This document shows, piece after piece, positions 59,710 through 64,000 of a stretch of DNA of 64,000 bases. The stretch comes from Planctomycetota bacterium (GTDB lineage: Bacteria; Planctomycetota; UBA8108; SXIK01). Every line of letters starts with the position of its first letter. Position 1 is the stretch's first letter. The notes under the pieces were generated by a model, which worked only from the letters and a program-made list of their open reading frames with translations, was not told the origin of the DNA and did no database searches. The position numbers were made by a program, and so were the translations under genes. The DNA lies in the NCBI GenBank assembly GCA_965223845.1, contig CBDCXR010000004.1, forward strand, positions 3,040,001-3,104,000, given 5' to 3'.

Positions 59710-60387
59710 GTGCCCCGCCCCTGGACCCTGATCGAATCCGTAGAGACCGACGCGGGGAAGCTCGAGCTTCTCCGACTCGACGACGAGTGGATGATTACGA
59801 TCGATCGCCGCGCGCTCATGTCGAGTCGCTATCACCGCTCGGAAATCGCGCTCGCGGAGCTCGCCTGCGCTCCGCTCGCGAAGCTCGAGGCGCCTCGCGT
59901 GCTTCTCGCCGGTCTCGGTATGGGATACACGCTCCGCGCGGCGATCGATGTCTTACCCCCGAAGGCGACCGTCGTAGCCGCCGAGATCAACGCGACCGTC
60001 GCTCGCTGGAATCGCGGTCCGATCGCGCACCTCTCGGAAAACGCACTCGACGATCCGCGAGTGACGCTCGAGATCGCGGACGTCAGCGTACTCATCGAAA
60101 CCGCGGCAGCCGGTGACGGAGACGGCCGCTTCGAAGCGATCGTCCTCGACCTCTACGAGGGACCGTATCCGTTGGCCGCGGGAAAACCGGACCCGCTTTT
60201 CGGACGAGGAGCGCTCGGCCGAGTGCGCAAGGCGCTTCGCCCGAACGGGTGTTTCGCGGTCTGGTCGGAAGGTCCGGTCGAAGAATTCGAGCGGCGTCTA
60301 CGCGAGTGCGGCTTTCGGTTCGAGCGGAATCGTCCGAAACACAAGGGGCCTCGTCACGTCGTGTATCTCGGCTGGCCCACTCAATAG
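59710..60387 (+). CDS. Spermidine synthase-like SAM-dependent methyltransferase
   Basis: LMSSR...SE..LA, VLLAGLGMGYTL, AEI, AIVLD...GP, L.P.G...VWS; start GTG 59710 or 59635. Confidence 0.82.
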   Translation: MPRPWTLIESVETDAGKLELLRLDDEWMITIDRRALMSSRYHRSEIALAELACAPLAKLEAPRVLLAGLGMGYTLRAAIDVLPPKATVVAAEINATVARWNRGPIAHLSENALDDPRVTLEIADVSVLIETAAAGDGDGRFEAIVLDLYEGPYPLAAGKPDPLFGRGALGRVRKALRPNGCFAVWSEGPVEEFERRLRECGFRFERNRPKHKGPRHVVYLGWPTQ

Positions 60388-60439
60388 CGCGATCGGAAGC
60401 TCGAGTTGGGCCCGCCATGCCTGAGCGAGCCTTCACCGC

Positions 60440-61405
60440 CTAGCGCGACGATCGCAGCAGTCGGCTCACCTCCGGAGGAAGCGAGAGCTTCTCGGATTCG
60501 AACTCGCCGAGGCGGTACGAGACGTGCAAGACGACGCGGTCGTCCGGTGAATCGGGAATCTTCTCACGCCCCTTCCACAGCGTGGCTCCCTTCCGGCCGT
60601 TGAACGCTCCGGTCGAATAAATCGAATCGATTCTCACGGGGAGTCCGGTTTTCCGGGCGACGTGGACGTCATACGCGACCTCGGTCATGCCGCTGCGCAG
60701 CCCGGACACCTTTACGGCTCCACTACAACACTGCTTGAATCGCAGTGCTTCATGAACGTACACCGCGGATGCAGCCTTCGCGGGGACCTCGACGCGAACC
60801 ACGCGCACCGCCGGCGGCTCGTTCGAGACGACTCGGTGATTTGCGCTCGCCGGGGAGGTCTCTACCGTCGACTCCTCCTTAGCACCGGCACGTCCGTATA
60901 GAGTTTCATACTCTTTCGGGGTCAACCATCGGACGTTCTTCGCACGCTTCCCCGTCTTCACGATGTTGGTGAGTGCATTGAGCGGAAACTCGAACAGACG
61001 ATTCATCTGGAGCGCGTCGTACATCTCCCGCTCCGTGGCGAATCCGCTCGAGAGCCTCGCCCACTTTCCGCGCCGCTTGACGAGCGCGACACCACTCGGA
61101 GTGCGATACACGTCCATCGACGAAACGTACATCACCGGCCTCCCCGTCTTCGGAGCGGATCCGCGTCGCGCTTCGAACTGCAATTTCGTCGTTTCTTCCT
61201 CGATTCTCCCGATCGCCTCTGAGCGCGGAGCGAGACCGGCGCGGAAGACTGCGTCGATCTGGTAGTTCTTGCTCGCAGCCAACTTCTTGAGCGCGGTTCC
61301 CAGCACTTCGCGAGGGGAAGGCTCCTCCGCTGACGACGCGCTCAGTTCGCCGATCGCCAGAAACACGCAAGGAAGAAGACGAAGCGAAAGGCAATTGAGT
61401 CTCAT
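60440..61405 (-). CDS. Secreted basic hypothetical protein
   Basis: Signal peptide; ATGA overlap with the upstream CotH gene. Confidence 0.65.
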   Translation of the reverse strand: MRLNCLSLRLLPCVFLAIGELSASSAEEPSPREVLGTALKKLAASKNYQIDAVFRAGLAPRSEAIGRIEEETTKLQFEARRGSAPKTGRPVMYVSSMDVYRTPSGVALVKRRGKWARLSSGFATEREMYDALQMNRLFEFPLNALTNIVKTGKRAKNVRWLTPKEYETLYGRAGAKEESTVETSPASANHRVVSNEPPAVRVVRVEVPAKAASAVYVHEALRFKQCCSGAVKVSGLRSGMTEVAYDVHVARKTGLPVRIDSIYSTGAFNGRKGATLWKGREKIPDSPDDRVVLHVSYRLGEFESEKLSLPPEVSRLLRSSR

Positions 61406-63921
61406 CCTTTGGAACTCCGCTCAGGAAATCGCCAGGTTCCGCGCGCGCTCCAATCGCCTTCGCGTATGGAACGGAATTGGACGGTCGTACCCGGACGGAC
61501 GGTCATCGGGCGGCGATACCGATTCGCCTGGGAACTGCTCGGATCGGTTCCGTCGGTAGTATAGAAGATCGTCGCATTCTGATCTTCGATCGTTCGGCGT
61601 CCAAGAAACTCCGCGCGAATTAGAAGGTCGCTGCTAGCGGCTTTGCGATTGAGGGCGTGCACCGCGAGAACGTTCGCTCCCCGCCGGAGGTAGCGTCCCC
61701 AATCGCGGCTCGAAAACTCGACCGGTGAAAATGGACTAGCCTCCGTAGCACTCGTCGCCGCAGAGCTCCACGACAACTCATCGATCGGCGGAGCGTTGGC
61801 AGAGGCGATCGCATGGCCGTTGAGGAACGCCACGAAACCGTCGTCGTATCTCGCTCTCAAGATCCAGCGCTCAACCCCAGCGACCGCCTCCTTGCTGGAT
61901 AGAACAAACGGGAATCTGACGTAGACCGAGGTGTTCGATTCGCCGTTCCCGATCTCGTCCAAATCGGTCCCGATCCACTTCTCGTAGCCACTGGTTCTCT
62001 CGTAACCCACGCCTCCTCGTCCTGCCCGCCACTCGTTTCCCGCCGCGAATCCGGGGTCGCGCCAACGAGCCGCGAGATCCCCATCGGTGGGAGTCAGCAC
62101 TCGGTGCGGAGAGGTTCCCCCGATCAGTACGAGATCCGAATGGGCCGGAACGGTCAGCACGAGTCGCTCCTCCACCGAATCGTCGAGGCGGGCGACTGGA
62201 GCTCTGACGTCGGGCCAGACTCCCAGACGCTTGAAGCGACCCGTCGCCATCGGTACGACCGCATTCCAGTATGCATCGACCCAAGCGAGCTCACGGAGCC
62301 ATTCGACCTCCCGCCGGTACGCAGGTTTTCGTCGAGCGTCGCCCCAACGAGCCGACTCGGCGACGATCGCGCGGTCGATCTCGGCCACGCGTCGGTTCCA
62401 GCGTCGTCGGTTCCGTTCCGGCGAGAGGGTTCCTCCCGGCCGCAAGAGCTCCTCAACACGGTCGATGACGCGGCGGCGAAACCGATCGTTGCCGAGAAGC
62501 CGACCGAAGAGGAACGTCGGCGACGGCTTCGGATAGGGTTGCTCGATGCGGAACTGCCCGGACGGCCTCGCGTACGAATAAACACGTTCGAGCGAATCAT
62601 TCGTGATCTCTTGATCCCAAACAAGAAACCGGAAACCTTCGCTGTCGTCTCCTCGCCGTCTGGCCGCCCACCAGTTGTGGTGCGGCCAATCCTCGGCACC
62701 GGCATAGACGTGGAGGAGTACGTAGTCGATCAGGTGCGCGACGTCGAGGTAGACCGGGAGACGCGGATCGCGTCGACCGCGTTCGTCTCGGCCTTGAATT
62801 CGGAAGTAGGCGACGTCACTCGACAAGCCCGATGTCGCGAGGTCGATCATCGTCGTCCACGCATCGAGATCTCCGGCTTCGAGCTCGACGAAGTCCTTCA
62901 CGATGTCGAAGTCGCCTCGCCGACCTCCGAGGTGCTCCGCGAGAAACGCACTGTCCGGACGCTCACTCAGATTGTAGAGCCCCCAGTAGAGACCGTTTAG
63001 GAATAGGTGGACGTAGCGGCCGCGGGCCGCGAGATGTCCCATTTCTGCGTGGGTGTCACGCATCCACTGGTCGCGGAGGTACGTCGCGCGACGAGAGTGG
63101 TAGCGTTCCACGCCACGGTTCGTTCTCCCGTCTTTCGTCGTCCAGGAATCCGTAGAACTGGCCCGGAGGATCAGTTGGGTGTATTTCGATCCTCCGGGCC
63201 TAACAAAGAGGGGGAACCGTAGTGTCTTGGGTCCGTACGCGCGCCGGAAAATAATCCGGATGGAGTGCTTGAGAGTCGAGAAATGCGCCCGACTCGAGTT
63301 GCCGTGCATGCGGATTCCGGCGTTGACGCGAAACCCGCGCTGTCCCGACGGAAACACGAGCTCGATGCTCGCAGCGCGCTCCCACTCCCGCCCCCGCTGC
63401 CCCGACCGCTCATAGATTCCGGACGGCCCAAAGAGATTCTCGGGGACCGTCACGATCGAAACGCAGGGAAGTGATCTGAGCGCGTCCTTCAGTCCATATC
63501 CAGGAAGAGTGGAGTCGACGACGCTCGCATCCAGCCCGTAGTCCCCGGCGAATCGGCGCTCCCAAGTGGAAGGCAGACCCGGTGGCTGCGCGGGCTGCCG
63601 GGCGACATCCGTGGGAAAGATGAACGTTCGCGTCTCGATCGGTCCTGCGATCTCCTCGCCGCGAAACGCGGCGGCGCGAATCACCGTCGTCGATCGAATC
63701 GGAATCGCCTCGGCGAAACTCGTCGCCCGAACGGTGGGCACCGTCGCGTCCGCGGTGAACCGAATGACTAGATCCGGGCGATCACCGGCGAGCTTCAGCG
63801 CGAACGGTTCGTCGTAGAGTCCGCTTTCCTGTGAAAACCGCACGACGGAACCGCTGGACGCCGCATGGGCGCTCGTCCCCCCCACGAGCAGCGCGAGTAA
63901 GCAACGTGTCGCGGTCGGCAT
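61402..63921 (-). CDS. CotH kinase family protein with flanking Fn3-associated (chitobiase-C-like) domains
   Basis: I.FT.D...P, GIR.HGNSSR, K.S.R..F, LNG.YWGLY...ER.D, DWP.HNW, WD.E, ESARWGD, IFYTTDGTDP. Confidence 0.85.
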   Translation of the reverse strand: MPTATRCLLALLVGGTSAHAASSGSVVRFSQESGLYDEPFALKLAGDRPDLVIRFTADATVPTVRATSFAEAIPIRSTTVIRAAAFRGEEIAGPIETRTFIFPTDVARQPAQPPGLPSTWERRFAGDYGLDASVVDSTLPGYGLKDALRSLPCVSIVTVPENLFGPSGIYERSGQRGREWERAASIELVFPSGQRGFRVNAGIRMHGNSSRAHFSTLKHSIRIIFRRAYGPKTLRFPLFVRPGGSKYTQLILRASSTDSWTTKDGRTNRGVERYHSRRATYLRDQWMRDTHAEMGHLAARGRYVHLFLNGLYWGLYNLSERPDSAFLAEHLGGRRGDFDIVKDFVELEAGDLDAWTTMIDLATSGLSSDVAYFRIQGRDERGRRDPRLPVYLDVAHLIDYVLLHVYAGAEDWPHHNWWAARRRGDDSEGFRFLVWDQEITNDSLERVYSYARPSGQFRIEQPYPKPSPTFLFGRLLGNDRFRRRVIDRVEELLRPGGTLSPERNRRRWNRRVAEIDRAIVAESARWGDARRKPAYRREVEWLRELAWVDAYWNAVVPMATGRFKRLGVWPDVRAPVARLDDSVEERLVLTVPAHSDLVLIGGTSPHRVLTPTDGDLAARWRDPGFAAGNEWRAGRGGVGYERTSGYEKWIGTDLDEIGNGESNTSVYVRFPFVLSSKEAVAGVERWILRARYDDGFVAFLNGHAIASANAPPIDELSWSSAATSATEASPFSPVEFSSRDWGRYLRRGANVLAVHALNRKAASSDLLIRAEFLGRRTIEDQNATIFYTTDGTDPSSSQANRYRRPMTVRPGTTVQFRSIREGDWSARGTWRFPERSSKG

Positions 63922-64000
63922 CAGCGACCCTTTCCCCACGAGAGTCCGGGCGCGTCGAGAGCCCCGAGCAGATTGAATCGTCCACCCAAATCGGGGTGCT

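Noticed and set aside
1-64000. CRISPR arrays, tRNA/rRNA, transposases, prophage or defence genes; recurring GACGGCGACGG strings
   Set aside because: None recognised by eye; the recurring strings encode DGDG Ca-binding loops within proteins

Overview
GC-rich, gene-dense bacterial chromosomal window with about 40 CDS. It is most likely from Planctomycetota (inferred from DUF1501, a PVC-type CxxCH heme protein, two sulfatases, FG-GAP/CRTAC1 proteins, dockerin-like domains and a membrane-anchored ECF fusion). I saw no rRNA, tRNA, CRISPR array or transposase. The most notable region is ~17.7-31.6 kb, a putative light/singlet-oxygen response island with two unusual cobalamin-domain regulators. One is a CarH-type B12 sensor with intact Wx9EH and ExH motifs fused to a C-terminal XRE HTH. 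The other is a MerR/HTH_17-CarH protein that has lost both B12 histidines. Each lies beside a visible operator-like motif: one faces a tandem DUF4397 gene and the other faces a desaturase/UfaD/UfaO/Cfa/DUF2878/DUF1295 (furan-fatty-acid-like) operon. Also present: two copies of a CTAG-ended MITE-like element, a 1643-aa protein of six IPT-led ~250-aa modules, an uncharacterised catabolic cluster with an amidohydrolase-aminotransferase fusion, and a di-heme peroxidase/propeller-hydrolase pair. All family calls come from motifs recognised by eye, not from database searches. Several start codons were moved from the ORF track to more plausible downstream starts.
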